Assembly: GCA_038087875.1 (NCBI GenBank)
Contig: CM075977.1
Location: forward strand, 125,736,001-125,800,000
Origin: Malacoraja senta
Taxonomy: Eukaryota
DNA: 64,000 nucleotides
Direction: 5' to 3'
Shown: positions 50,951 through 64,000 of the stretch, one piece after another
Layout of the letters: each line of letters begins with the position of its first letter
Position numbering within the stretch: position 1 is the first letter of the stretch
Program-made: the position numbers and the translations under genes
Notes under the pieces: generated by a model
Databases searched by the model: none
Seen by the model: the letters and a program-made list of their open reading frames with translations, nothing else
What the model was told of the DNA's origin: nothing

Positions 50951-51920
50951 CAGGGGCCTCCAAACCTTTCAGCATGAGGGCCACATTATATATTTGGCAC
51001 ATTTTTGCGGGGCCGTAGGAAAAAATAAAGAAAGGTCTCTCACACGCGCACACACACTCACTCACACTCACAACACCCGGCTCGGACCTGCCCCGCAAAG
51101 ATTGGGTTGCCCTGAACCGGCTCCGTACAGGGGTCAGTCGGTTCAACGCCAACATGCATCGCTGGGGGCTGCGTTCATCAGCAGCCTGTGTATGTGGAGC
51201 AGACCAGCAAACAGCGCAGCACATTTTCGACTGCACTATCCTCCGCCCCCTGGTGGAGGGGTAGACCATCACGGCCCTCGACAACAGCACATTGAACTGG
51301 CTACAGCGCCTGGAGGGCATTACATTACCTCTGCTGCCGCAAACGCAAGCAGAAGAGAGAGAGAGGAGGATTCCCGTGGCCGCGCCGGCACGCATCGGTG
51401 GAGACCCGGTCAAAGGGTCCAGGTCAGTGTGGCGCCCCGGAGCGGGAGCTGTTCGCAGGTCACCTTCACGGGGGGAGACCATTACACACCGACTCTGGCC
51501 AACCCAGCCACCAATTAGTTCCCCCCCCCCCCCCTCCACCTCGCTCCACTCCGCACCCCACGCTACCACCCTGTACAACTTACCTGTGCTTACTGCGCCA
51601 GAGACCTGGGTTCCATCCTGACTATGGGTGCTGTCTGTACGGAGTTTGTACCTGCGTGGGTTTTCTCTTGGTTCTCTGGTTCACTCCCACACTCCACATT
51701 TGCGGGTTAATTGAATTTGTCCCGAGTGTGTGTAGGATAGTGCTTGTGCGTATGGGCATCGCTTCGATGGGCCGAAGGGCCTGTTTCCGCTCTGTATTTC
51801 TAAAGCTGCGTTACCACAGAACCCGCTAAATAGCCCGCCGCACGGAATGTGTTAAGAGCTGGATAAAACCTCGTGGCGGGCCGGATGAGTCCCGCGGGCC
51901 ATAGTTTGGAGACCCCCCTG
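50951..51920. mobile_element. hAT (Charlie-like) non-autonomous element carrying an Ingi/Vingi-like LINE 3' fragment and a SINE fragment
   Basis: TIR CAGGGG..CTCCAAAC; 8-bp TSD TCCTAGTC; 51076-51240 reads [35 protein letters not shown]. Confidence 0.85.
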
Positions 51921-52594
51921 TCCTAGTCTCTGCTGGCTCATAAATCAATCTCATTCTCCACCCCCCCCAATAGTTTTCGCTTTAACTCCTCCCCATATTA
52001 CCCTTAATTCCCCACTCCACCTCACACACAAGGCAATTTACAGGGTCGAATAAGCTAGCAACCTGCATGTTTTGGGGATATGGTAAGAAGCCAGAGCACC
52101 CAGAAGAAACCCACATAGTCACAGGGTAACCTGCAAGCTTCACACAGTGCCAGACATTGGTGAGGCAGGAGCTTTACGAGCTGCAACATTGTCATGTCCT
52201 GAATGCCTGGCAATTATTGAAGTACTTTGAAGTGTTCACATTATTATATGTGAAATGCTAGAACAAATTTCAGTAAAAGATGATCTTCTGAACACCATTG
52301 TGTTACAGTTAACTTGTGTGTTAGTGATTGGGGATGAAGGACACTTTCATTCGTTTTACCCCCCCCTAGTATGTCAGATTTTACTTATCTCCATTTTACA
52401 TCACCTCAAGAAATATTTAGTCCACCTTATAGCTAGCACCACCACTATATGCCATCAGTCTCTTCTCACCTCCACCCTATCAAACACATTCCCGTTTGTT
52501 CTATTTGTCCCTCTCTTTTGCTTTAATTTAAATTTTGCTCAATTTCTAATTTTAATCAGCACTGCTGCTCTCACCATAGATACCACCTAACCGA

Positions 52595-54662
52595 CAGTGC
52601 ACTCCATAATGTTTGGGACAAAGACCCGTCATTTATTTATTTGCCTCTGTACGCCACAATTTGAGATTTGTCATAGAATAAATCACATGCGGTTAAAGTG
52701 CACATTGTCAGATTTTAATAAAGGCCATTTTTATACATTTTGGTTTCACCATGTAGAAATTACAGCAGTGTTTATACATAGTTCCCCCCCCCCCCCCCCC
52801 CCCAATTTCAGGGCACCATAATGTTTGGGACACCGCAATGTCATGTAAATAAAAGTGGTCCGCAATAACCAACCTGATCTCCCGGTGGCTCAGCACTTCA
52901 ACTCCCCCTCCCATTCCGAATCCAACCTTTCTGTCCTGGGCCTCCTCCATGGCCAGAGTGAGGACCACTGGAAATTGGAGGAGCAGCACCTCATATTTCG
53001 CTTGGGCAGTTTGTACCCCAGCAGCATGAACATTGACTTCTCCAATTTCAGGTAGCCCTTACTGTCTCCTCCCCTTCTCAGCTCTCCCTCAGCCCTCTGG
53101 CTCCTTCTCTTCCTTTCTTCTTCCCGCCCCACCCACCCTACATCAGTCTGAAGAAGTGTTTTGGCCTGAAACATTGCCTATTTCCTTCGCTCCATAGATG
53201 CTGCCGCACCCGCTGAGTTTCTCCAGCATTTTTATCTACCTTTGATTTTCCAGCATCTGCAGTTCCTTCTTAAACAATAGTCATGTTTAGTGTTTTGTTG
53301 CATATCCTTTTCATGCAATGACTGCTTGACGTCTGCGATTCATGGACATCACCAGTTGCTGGGTGTCTTCTCTGGTGATGCTCTCTGCCAGGCCTGTATT
53401 GCAACCATCTTTAGCTTATGCTTGTTTTGGGGGCTAGTCCCCTTCAGTTTTCTCTTTTGCATATAAAAGCCATGCTCAATTGGGTTCAGAATGGGTGATT
53501 GACGGCCACTCAAGAAATTGACCATTTTTTTTTAGCTTTGAAAATCTCCTTTGTTGCTTTAGCAGTATGTTTGGGATCATTGTCTGGCTGTAGAATTAAC
53601 TGCCGGCCAATGAGTTTTGAGGTATTTGTTTGAACTTGAGCAGATAGGATGTGTCTATACACTTCAGAATTCATTATGCTACTACCATCATCAGTTGTAT
53701 CATCAATGAAGATAAGTGAGCCAGCACCTTCAGCAGCCATACATGCTCCAGGCCATAACACCCCCACCACCGTGTTTCACAGATGAGGTGGTATTCTTTG
53801 GATCTTGGGCAGTTATCTCCTCCATACTTTGCTCTTGCCATCACTCTGATATAAGTTCATCTTGGTCTCATCTGTCTGCAAGACTTTTTTTCCGAAACTG
53901 TGGTTGCTCTTTTAAGTACTTCTTGGCAAACTATAACCTGGTCATCCTATTTTTGCGGCTAACTAGTGATTTGCATCTTGCAGTGTAGCCTCTTTATTTC
54001 TGTTCATGAAGTCTTCTGCGGACAGTGGTCATCGACAAATCCACACCTGAAGAGTGTTTCTGATCTGTCGGACAGGTGTTTGGGGATTTTTCTTTATTAT
54101 AGAGAGAATTTTTCTGTCATCAGCTGTGGAGGTCTTCCTTTGCGATTAGTAAGCTCACCAGTGCTCTCTTTCTTCTTAATGATGTTCCAAACTGTTGATT
54201 TTAGTAAGCCTGAAGTTTGGCTGATGTCTTTAACAGTTTTATTCTTGTTTCTCAGTCTCATAATGGCTTCTTTGACTTTCATTGGCACAACTTTGGTCCT
54301 CATGTTGATAAACAGCAATAAACGTTTCCAACGGTGATGGAAAGACTGGAGGAAAGACTAGGTGCTGAGAGCTCTCTTATACCTGCATGAAGGAGGCAAT
54401 TAAACACACCTGAGCAATTACAAACACCTGTGAAGCCATGTGTCCCAAACATTATGGTGCCCTGAAATGGGGGGATTATGTATAGACACTGCTGTAATTT
54501 TTACATGGTGAAACCAAAATGCATAAAAATGGCCTTTATTAAAATCTGACAATGCACACTTCAACCGCATGTGATTTTTTTTCTATTACAAATCTCAAAT
54601 TGTGGAGTACAGAGGCAAATAAATAAATTACGGGTCTGTCCCAAACATTATGGAGGGCATTG
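52595..54662 (-). mobile_element. Tc1-family transposon (IR/DR type) with degenerate transposase ~53290-54318 and a Penelope-derived insertion at ~52855-53277
   Basis: ~250-bp TIRs, each with two CATAATGTTTGGGACA direct repeats; HTH..GRP N-terminus; DNDPKHTAK catalytic motif; frameshifts. Confidence 0.92.
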
Positions 54663-55394
54663 TGCCTGGTATTTCCAGCATTTCCTACTTTTATTTCAGA
54701 CAGTAGTTGGTGTCTGGCGGGAATTGTGGCAACAATGTTGTCACCTGACATTAAAACAGATTCATGATCGATGGAGCCGGTGTCATTTTACCACAGTAGC
54801 ATTTTGGTTTTACTGATTTGTTGGGGAACAATTGATAAACTGCCGTGATGACCTTAGAACAGTGGCAATGACAGCCATGAAGACAATTATCTCAGATTAC
54901 AAGCAGACAGCACTCGGATCTTAAGAAGTTGTAGCCTATTTATCAGAAGCTGCATAATGCAATAGCTTTCTTCTTTTTGATGTGATTCACTCTAATAATC
55001 TGTATGAAGGCCTGTACAAATGAATGCTGAATTCTTGACAAGGTTCTTGATAAGAGTTCTTGACAAGGAGCAGATTATCTGGCAGATTTTGAAATTCATT
55101 TAACATTTGCTTGGATAAACTCATTTGTTTTCTTATGTCACCTGGCCCATTAAAGTCTTTGCTCAGACATCTGTGTGAGTAGGATAGCCCGCAACCTCAA
55201 AATCATTCTTGCACCCTCTGGCGAGTTGATAGACGTCCTATAATTTCTGACTCCGAACCCCAATTCCCTCAGATTTGGCTTCCTGCATTTCTTCCTACTG
55301 TGTCACCACTTGCAGATCCTTCCTTTATCCTGTCCTTCAGAATATATAGTGAATGCACTGGTTGCTCCCAGTGCAAGGTTAAACAAAGTTCTTA

Positions 55395-55765
55395 ATTTAC
55401 ACCCCAGTGGTGTGAACATTGATAGTTTACACCCCAGCAGTATGAACATTGTTAGTTTACACCCCAGCGGTATGAACATTGTTAGTTTACACCCCAGCGG
55501 TATGAACATTGACTTCTCTAACTTCAGATAGCCCTTGCTTTCTCTCTCCATCCCCTTCGCCATCCCAGTTCTGTCACTAATCTTACTGTCTCCGCCTGCA
55601 TTCTATCTTTGTCCCGCCCCCTCCCCTGACATCAGTCTGAAGAAGGGTCTCGACCCGAAACGTCGCCCATTCCTTCTACAGAGATACTGCCTCACCCGCT
55701 GAGTTGCTCCAGCATTTTGTGTCTACCTTCGATTTAAACCAGCATCTGCAGTTCTCTCTTACACA
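55395..55765 (+). mobile_element. Penelope-derived 3' fragment with 4x 30-bp tandem repeat at its 5' junction and a hammerhead-like core (55637-55664)
   Basis: (AGTTTACACCCCAGCGGTATGAACATTGTT)x4 variants; CTGAAGAAGGGTCTCGACCCGAAACGTC. Confidence 0.85.
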
Positions 55766-56454
55766 GTAAACAAAATCCTTTATTGCTTTGCAGGACACCA
55801 GTTATTGTGGTACATGAAATGAGGGTTAGGTTGATGATCATTGGTTAAAGTATGCACACACAGCCTCCTGTTGTTCCATACTGTTGCCTGCATATAGAAA
55901 AACCTCCAGTGACCTCTGGAAAAACTTGAAACTTGATGATGCAGCTTTTCTGAAAAATACCTCTGCACAGATTTGGTTTTCAAATTATTTCCACCACTTC
56001 ATACTGGGAGAATTTATATCATTTGTAAGCACCATAGGCTGGTTTTCATGTATGGTTCACTTTATCAGGCCTCTAGCTGTCAAGTAATGTCAAGGGCAGT
56101 AATCATGCAGAGCAACATATTATGCCAATTTTACATTCTGTTCTATATATGGGTGTGAGTTACGGATAAGAGGTGGCGGGGCCACTTTTACAGATTTCTT
56201 CCCCCTACTCCAATCGATCTGAAGAAATGGCCCGACCCAAAACATTGTTTGCCCATTCCCTACCCAGATGCTGGATGACCCACTGTTCTTCTAGCACTTT
56301 GTGCTTTTGCTCTTTTCAACTAGATATTTTGCCACTTGATACTTAGCATGACATTGAAGTTTGGTTCATGACATTGTTTTAGTTTAGTTTATTATTGTCA
56401 TGTGTACTGAGATGCAATGAAAAGCTTTTTTGTTGTTTTACAAGTGTAAAGTAT

Positions 56455-56715
56455 TTTGCTTGGTATTGATTTACAACCTCATCCTATTACTGCAATTTTT
56501 GGGCTACCAATGTTAGATTTTATTCATTTGTCCGCCCATCGGTTGATTGCTTTTACCACATTAATCGCCAGAGGATCTATTTTATTTAAATGGAAAGACT
56601 CCAACCCTCCGACCACACTCCAGTGGTACTCTGAAACGATATCATGTTTAAATTTAGAAAAAATCAGGAGTGACATTGTTGAACCCATGGTTAAATTTGA
56701 TAAGACTTGGGGAAA
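56455..56715 (+). mobile_element. L1/Tx1-like ORF2 C-terminal fragment
   Basis: IARxxILFKWK..PP..W..LEKIR..KF..W motif. Confidence 0.65.
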
Positions 56716-57139
56716 TTTTTTTTCCCAGTCAGCCTCACGATCACGAATGTAAACAACCGATAGCGCGGCCAGCGAGATACCGCGGCATCAACAACAACCG
56801 GCTCAGTCGCAGCCCCAGCCAGTGCAGCCTACCAAGAAGGCGCCGGTCGGCCCACCGTCACCGAGCGCGTCTTGTTGGTCGCGGCGTCCAGAAAGCAACA
56901 AGAGGCGCGGCATCCTGCTGGCCACGCTATCGTTTGTTTACAAATGCTGTGCTCACTTGATCACGACGATGTTTTGATGAAAAGGAATACTGTGTGCATA
57001 GAAAAGCACCTCAAAAACATATTGCTAAACAAAATGTGAGCAGAAGTGCCCAACATCAAGATCGTGCTGCTTCCCAAGAAAAAAAACGGACATGGCACAG
57101 CAGAAGAGGGAGAATGTTTGGTAGGGTAGGTATATGAAA

Positions 57140-57220
57140 TGAATTTTCGACTTACGATATTTTCGATTTACGATGGGTTTATCAGAACATATCCCAATCG
57201 TAAAGTTGAGGAGTACCTTT
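57140..57220. mobile_element. Tigger/pogo-like terminal sequence
   Basis: TTTTCGACTTACGAT repeats and ATCGTAA..GAGGAG terminus; left end not identified. Confidence 0.55.
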
Positions 57221-57439
57221 AACTTTAAATTATACCCTAAAATACTCTATGGTATAAAATTATTCTTAAAATTTAAGAAAAGTTCTTAATTAGGTATTTC
57301 TGAAGACAATGTTCAATCAGCAGCTAATGAGAAATCACTTTAAAATGGGGCTGTTGGATTACATACTCAAAACGAAGACAAATTATAAATCTGAATTACA
57401 AAAGAGTTTTTTTTAAATTATGGAACTTCTCAACCAATT

Positions 57440-57745
57440 TGGCACAGTGGCACAGCAGTAGAACATTATTTAAAAATATTACTCTTTTACCTCACAGTGC
57501 CAGAGACCCGTGTTCAATCCTGACCTTGGGTGTTAACCATGTGGTGTCTGCACATTCTCCCTTCGTTTTTCCGGTTTCCTCCCATATCCCAAAGACGTGC
57601 AGGTTTGTAGGTTAATTGGCCTCTGTAAATTGCCTCTAGTGTGCAGGGAGTGGATGTGAAAGTGCATTAACTAATATGAACAGGTGATCAATATTCGGCG
57701 TGTACTTGGTAGGCTGAAGAGCCTGTTTACGTGCTGATCCCTAAA
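57440..57745 (+). mobile_element. tRNA-derived SINE
   Basis: A and B boxes; family body. Confidence 0.8.
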
Positions 57746-57888
57746 CTCGTTTTTCGATAAAGTTGTTTTCTGATTGTGGGTTGAAGTAGCTATGCTTCAA
57801 GATCAGTTGGTTGAAAAATTAGCCTTAAACGTTATTTAGTGTGCAAACTTGATGCTTTTTTTTCTCACCGTGATAATTGTCTATTTAG

Positions 57889-58031
57889 TGTGAACAATCC
57901 CATCTGATGAGAGAACATGAAGATTCGCAGGAAAGGACAACATTACGCTATGAAGAACGCATCACTGAACTTCACAGTATAATCGCCGAGCTAAATAAGA
58001 AGATTGACAGGCTGCAGGGAACAACAATAAG
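57889..58031 (+). CDS. MCC: MCC internal exon CEQSHLMREHEDSQERTTLRYEERITELHSIIAELNKKIDRLQGTTIR
   Basis: tatttAG acceptor and AG|gtgatc donor; 143 nt; in frame with the preceding exon; near-identical to recalled human MCC. Confidence 0.96.
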
Positions 58032-58209
58032 GTGATCTGTATTGAAATACCAATAGTGTTTTTAAGTTGAAAGCTTACTGTTGTCTGATTCAGTCTTTCT
58101 CATAGGATTACTAAATGCTGCAATTTCTAAGGTTGATTGATCTTGGCTCTCCAGGCACCAATATTAAATTAAATGAAAAGGTTCATAATTTTGCGAAAAT
58201 TAGTAAACA

Positions 58210-59152
58210 TGACATCTCCAAGTTTGGGGATGACACAAAGCTGGGTGGCAGTGTGAGCTGCGATGAGGATTCTATGAGGCTGCACGGTGATTTGTATAGG
58301 TTGGGTGAATGAGCAGATGCATGGCAGATACAGTATAATATGGATAAATGTGAGGTTATCCACTTTGGTGGCAAGAACAGGAAGGCAGATTATTATCTGA
58401 ATGGTGTCAAATTAGGAAAAGGGGAGGTGCAACGAGACCTGGGTGTGCTTGTACATCAGTCACTGAAAGTAAGCATGCAGGTACAGCAGGCAGTGAAGAA
58501 AGCTAATGGGATGTTGGCCTTCATTGCGAGAGGCTTTGAGTTTAGGAGCAAGGAGGTCCTACTACAGTTGTACAGGGCCCTGCTGATACTGCACCTGGAT
58601 TATTATGTGCAATTTTGGCCTCCTAATTTGAGGAAGGACATTATTGCTATTGAGGGAGTGCAGCGTAGGTTCACCAGGTTAATTCCCGGGATGGCGGGAC
58701 TGACATATGATGAACGAATGGGTCGACTGGGCTTGTATTCATTGGAATTTAGAAGAATGAGGAGGAATTTTATAGAAACATTTAAAATTCTTAAGGGATT
58801 GGACAGGCTAGATGCAGGAAAAATGTTCCTGGTGTTGGGGGAGTCCAGAACCAGGGGTCACAGTTTAAGAATAAGGGGTCGGCCATTTAGGACTGAGATG
58901 AGAAAAAATGTTTTCACCCAGAGAGTTGTGAATCTGTGGAATTGTCTGCCACAGAAGGCAGTGGAGGCCAATTCACTGGATGTTTTCAAGAGAGAGTTAA
59001 ATTTAGCTGTTAGGGTTAAAGGAATCAAGGGATATGGGGAAAAAGCAGGAACGGGGTACTAATTTTAGATGATCAGCCATGATCATATTGAATGGCGGTG
59101 CTGACTCGAAGGGCCGAATGGCCTACTCCTGCACCTATTTTTCTATGTTTCT
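58210..59152 (+). mobile_element. 5'-truncated CR1 LINE
   Basis: 240-aa C-terminal ORF2, 3' UTR and TTCTATGTTTCT tail. Confidence 0.92.
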
Positions 59153-60676
59153 AAATCGGAGAGCTTTATAAACTAGCAAAGGATGACTATAAAATTGTTG
59201 GAAGAAGATGCATTAAGCGAATAAGCTGGAAAGAAATGTTAGATACAATTAAGAGCTATCTACAATTATATTAAAGAAGGAAAGATGGTGCCAAAGGTAG
59301 ATACAGATCCCTTAGCGATAGAGACAGGAAAATATAGTGGGAAATAATTGTGATATTAGGTATTGTATTTTGGTCTTCCTTGTAAAAGCTGCTATTTTTG
59401 TATCATTGAGGAATACGGCTTAATATTACCATAGAGAAATTCCAGGAGAATAGAGGGAATTTAAATTCAACATTGCTGGGTTGTGCAGAGGATTTTGGTG
59501 GATGCTTTAAGATTATCATTATTATCCTTATTCTGGAGTCATTGCAGCAGGAAGTTGGAAGATATTCCACATAAATTGAAAAAATGAGAGAGAAAATAAG
59601 AAACATGCATGTTCAAAAAAAATGTGATCATGCAGTCAATATGACTTCCTACTGGAAAATTGTATTGACAAATCTGAAAAGATAAACTGCAGGCAGAACT
59701 CCATGGATCAAGGTGGTGGAGGCATAGGGATAGTCGACATTTCAGATCGCGATTCTAAATTAGGACTGAGTGTGTAGAGGGAAGTGGGCCAGCATATAGG
59801 AGGGGGTGAGACAGAGGGGTTAGGTGGAACCAGATGAAGGGGAGGAGGGAGAGTATGATGGGCAGTTGGAGCCCAGGAACATGTTGAGGCAGACCTCTGG
59901 CTCCTCTCGAAACATAAATATGAAGTGTTGTAACCTTAACTTTTCTCCTGTCCTTGCATTTTAAAAATCCAATTAAATTTATTTGAACTTTGATATGCAA
60001 CATACTCCAAATAAGGGGCACAGACTGGAGATTTCTGGTGCAATAGTCTCGTGGTTTGTTGTAATACCAAGTTTGTCTGCAGGATTAGTGTTGGCGTGGG
60101 GGTGAATGCGAGTTGTGGGCCATATTTAGCCAGCCCATGTTAAACTGACTTGGCCATGGTTATAAAGAACACTCGCTACTTTCGAGTCCTCTGGCACAAA
60201 GTGTTAGATTGAGCAAATGTTGTTTGGAATGTTATATTATTTTGATCAGGTTTCATGTGTGGTCCAGTGTGAAGAATGAAACAACTTAACTTGGAGGCAA
60301 TTGAGTATAGATTCACTTGATTGATTCTGGGGATGAGGGCCTTGCATTTGATAGAGAAATTAAGTAGCATAGTCATAGATTGATTAGTTCAAATGAATGC
60401 AAGATGATCTCAATTAAATATGTGAGATTGTAAGTGGGTTTGACAGGCTAGATGCTGGAAGTCTGTTTCATTTGATTGGAGAGTCAGGAATTAAGGACTA
60501 TAGTTACAGGGTAAGCATTTGGACAAGAGAGGGATGATATATTTCTTGGACATTTGTTCATTTCTCAGGGCTGTTACGAAAATATTTAAGGCTGAGATCA
60601 TTTATACATTCTGGTTTCATGGACAATGGAGATCAGATAGAAATAAGGTAAAGATAAACTGATCTTAATGTCAGAG

Positions 60677-60784
60677 GTAGATAAAAATGCTGGAGAAACT
60701 CAGCGGGTGATGTTTCACCAGCTGAGTTTCTCCAGCATTTTTATCTACCTTCGATTTTCCAGCATCTGCAGTTCCTTCTTAAAC
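60677..60784. mobile_element. Minimal inverted Penelope-end insertion
   Basis: Inverted arms; 15-bp TSD ATCTTAATGTCAGAG (60662-60676, 60785-60799). Confidence 0.8.
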
Positions 60785-61590
60785 ATCTTAATGTCAGAGC
60801 TGGGTCATTTTTGCTGTTTGGTGTACATTTATTTATTACATTAAGTGCTGTAGTGGAATGCACTGCTTTCAATACTCTTCACATTTTCAGCTTGCCTATT
60901 TCGCAATCTTAATTAGTACTTGGTCCAATGATTTCAGTCACAGCGTTGCTGCATGAGCTCACTTGGTCCATTAATTTAAGTTTGAAAGGGGATGCTAAAA
61001 GTAGTTGGAGGAAGAATTAAATCATCTACTTATGGTAATATTGATTATGGCTCTGGTGATTTAGAAGATGAGTTCATCTAATGTATTTATGGGATTCATT
61101 TGCATTTTGTTAATAAGCTGGAACATTGTATCAGTGAGTGAGGAATTGTAGCGTAATTGAGCACAGAAGAGGGACGTTCAATTTATTAACATTGTGATGG
61201 CACTTTTGATGACACACATTTCAACCTCTTCCTTCATTCTAGTTTTCTTTCTTCAATATTTACACAATTCCCTTTTGAAAGCAACAATAGAATTGTTACT
61301 TCAATTTAGCTAAGCTTTGGAATTGATCATACTGGCCAGCAGGCCATATTGCTTGTCTGCAAAACATCAGATTTGCAGATCAAGAGCTTCACTTTGAGCT
61401 CCAGCATTGCAAGCGATTTCCAGGAGGACGATGGTAAATGCTACAAGAGCATTATCAAAACACGATTGGAAAAATGCGATGGTTTATTGTCTTGAGGAAA
61501 GCCCTGATCCAAAACCCAGGTATGAGGAAGGGGAAGAGCACTTTAGATTTATTTGATGGCAGACAGAACCCAAATATGAAGAGCAGAAGG

Positions 61591-62993
61591 TCGACTAAAA
61601 TGCTGGAGAAACTCAGTGGGTGAGGCAGCATCTATGGAGCGAAGGAATAGGTGACGTTTCGGGTCGAGACCCTTCCTCAGACTGATGTGGGGGGGGGGGC
61701 GGGAAGAGGCAGAGACAGTAGGCTGTGGGAGAGCTGGGAGGGGAAGGAGGGAGAAAGCAAGGACTACCTGAAATTGGAGAGGTCAATGTTCATACCGCTG
61801 GGGTGTAAACTACCCAAGCGAAATATGAGGTGCTGCTCCTCCAATTTGCGGTGGGACTCATTCTGGCCATGGAGGAGGCTCAGGACAGAAAGGTCGGATT
61901 CGGAATGGGAGGGGGAGTTGAAGTGCTGAGCCACCAGGAGATCAGATTGGTTAATGCGAACTGTGCAGAGGTGTTGGGCGAAGCGATCCCCAAGCCTGCA
62001 CTTGGTTTCACCGATGTAGAGCAGTTGACACCAAGAGCTGCGGATGCAATAGATGAAGTTGGAGGAGGTGCAGGTGAACCTCTGCCTCACCTGGAAAGAC
62101 TGCTTGGGTCCTTGGATGGAGTCGAGGGGGGAGGTAAAGCGACAAGTGTTGCATTTCCTGCGGTTGCAAGGGAAAGTACCTGGGTAGGGGGTGGTTTGGG
62201 TGGGAAGGGACGAATTGACCAAGGAGTTACGGAGGAAGCGGTCTCTATGGAAAGCCGAAAGGGGAGGAGATGGGAAGATGTGGCCTATAGTCGAAGAGGG
62301 GAACCCCCGTTCCGTAAAGAATGAGGACACAAGAAGCAGGGTGGGAAGAAGTGTAGTCCAGATAGCCCTGTAAGGACTCTATCCCCTACTCCCAATTCCT
62401 CTGTCTACGCCGAATCTGCACTGAGGATGAGGTGTTCCAAACCAGGGCATCGGAGATGTTGTTATTCTTTAGGGAACGGAGGTTCCCCTCTTCGACTATA
62501 GATGAGGCTCTCACCAGCATCTCCTCTATATCCCATAGCTCCGCTCTCACTCCCCATCCCCCCCCACTCGTAACGAGTATTAACCAACCTGATCTCCCGG
62601 TGGCTCAGCACTTCAACTCCCCCTCCCATTTCCGAATCCGACCTTTCTGTCCTGGGCCTCCTCCATGACCAGAGTGAGTCCCACCGCAAATTGGAGGAGC
62701 TGCCCCTCATATTTCGCTTGGGTAGTTTACACCCCAGCGGTATGAACATTGACTTCTCCAATTTCAGGTAGTCCTTGCTTTCTCCCTCCTTCCCCTCCCC
62801 TTCCCAGCTCTCCCACAACCCACTGTCTCCGCCTCTGCCTTTCTTCTTCCCGCCCACCCCCACATCAGTCTGAGGAAGGGTCTCGACCCGAAACGTCACC
62901 TATTCCTTCGCTCCATAGATGCTGCCTCACCCGCTGAGTTTCTCCAGCATTTTTGTCTACCTTTGATTTTTCCAGCATCTGCAGTTCTTAAAC
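61591..62993. mobile_element. Penelope-like element fragments (GIY-YIG endonuclease) in inverted arrangement
   Basis: Minus ORF 61764-62330 has IYCI..LYIGETK..R..QH; hammerhead-like cores at 61653-61680 (-) and 62870-62897 (+); 15-bp TSD ATGAAGAGCAGAAGG (61576-61590, 62994-63008). Confidence 0.9.
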
Positions 62994-63489
62994 ATGAAGA
63001 GCAGAAGGATCTTGGAACCATCCAAATCATCCATCCCTGTTTCAAATGAATATGCTTGCAGTTTCAAGCTTCAGGCTTGAGAGCAGATTCTCCAGTGTAA
63101 ATGCTGGGAAATCTGAGTAAGCTCCTGTTGTGTTGGATTTCAAGCAATGTAATTTCTGTATTCACATGGGAATTCTCAAATCTTTGTGATAAAGTGAAAA
63201 ACTTTGTTTGCTATCCTGTCAAATAGTACCTTGCATGAGCACAGTCAAGCTGTAAAAAGTGCAACAGCAGTGCAAAGAAGAAAATAACCAGAGTGTAAAA
63301 TATATTATTACTTTGTTACAGTTACAGAGAAAGTACAAATTTAAAAAGGTGCAAGGGAGATCGGGTTTATGAAAGGTCCATTCAGTACTCTGATAACAGC
63401 AGGGGAAAGAAGCTGTTCCTGAATCTGGTGGTACCTGTTTTTAATCTTGTGTATCTTCTCCCCGACGGAGAGGGTAGAAGAAAGGATGA

Positions 63490-64000
63490 CTGCAGGGCTC
63501 GGTGCTGGGGCCGCTGCTCTTCACGTTGTATATTAATGGATGAGGGGATGACGTTTTTTTTGCCAAGTTTGCGGATGATACAAAAATAGGTGGAGGGGTA
63601 GTTAGTGTAGAGAAAGCAGGGACTTTGCAGAAGGACTTAGATAGGTTGGGGGAGTGGGCAGAGAAGTGGCAGATGGAATATAATGTAGCAAAGTGTGGAG
63701 TCATGCATTTTGGTAGTAGGAATAAAGGAGTCGATTATTTTCTAAATGCAGTGAGAATCCAGAAATTAGAGGTGCAAAGGGACTTGGGAGTGCAGGTGCA
63801 GGATTCCCTAAAAGTTAATCTGCAAGTGGAATCGGTAGCAAAGAAAGCAAACACAATGGTAGCATTTATTTCGAGAAGGCTTGTATACGAAAACAGGAAT
63901 GTTACACGGAGGCTCTAGAAGGCACTGGTCAGGCAGCATTTGGAATATTATTAGCAATTTTGGGCACCATATCTGAGGAAGGAGGTGCTGTTCTCTGGAG
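63490..64000 (+). mobile_element. CR1 RT fragment running off the window
   Basis: QGSVLGP, KFADDTKIGG and QKDLDRL motifs. Confidence 0.88.

Noticed and set aside
50880-51578. 232-aa minus-strand ORF
   Set aside because: Antisense read-through of a hAT element carrying a LINE fragment; no coherent protein.
55303-55563. ORF with repeated MFIPLGCKL
   Set aside because: 30-bp tandem duplication at the 5' junction of a Penelope fragment.

Overview
This is eukaryotic DNA. The repeat repertoire points to a cartilaginous fish, probably a skate or ray (inference). The window lies inside the + strand MCC (mutated in colorectal cancers) gene: an alternative first coding exon at 25590-25646 and two internal exons at 48920-49033 and 57889-58031. 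Most of the rest is transposable element. It includes many CR1 LINEs (one nearly intact), a 12-kb Gypsy LTR element with three nested LINEs, Tc1, hAT, pogo-like, PIF/Harbinger, ISL2EU-like and Helitron elements, tRNA-derived SINEs, and Penelope-derived repeats with hammerhead-like cores. Two observations stand out. (1) A short-pentraxin (CRP/SAP-like) terminal exon with flanking genomic DNA sits between 52-bp Penelope-derived inverted repeats, inside a Harbinger-type element with TIRs and a TAA TSD, in an MCC intron. This is a candidate transposon-borne immune-gene cassette. (2) A U_UUA_AAC slippery heptamer lies in the correct phase at the ORF1 end of three divergent CR1 copies, suggesting -1 ribosomal frameshifting into ORF2. 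All calls were made by eye; no searches were run.
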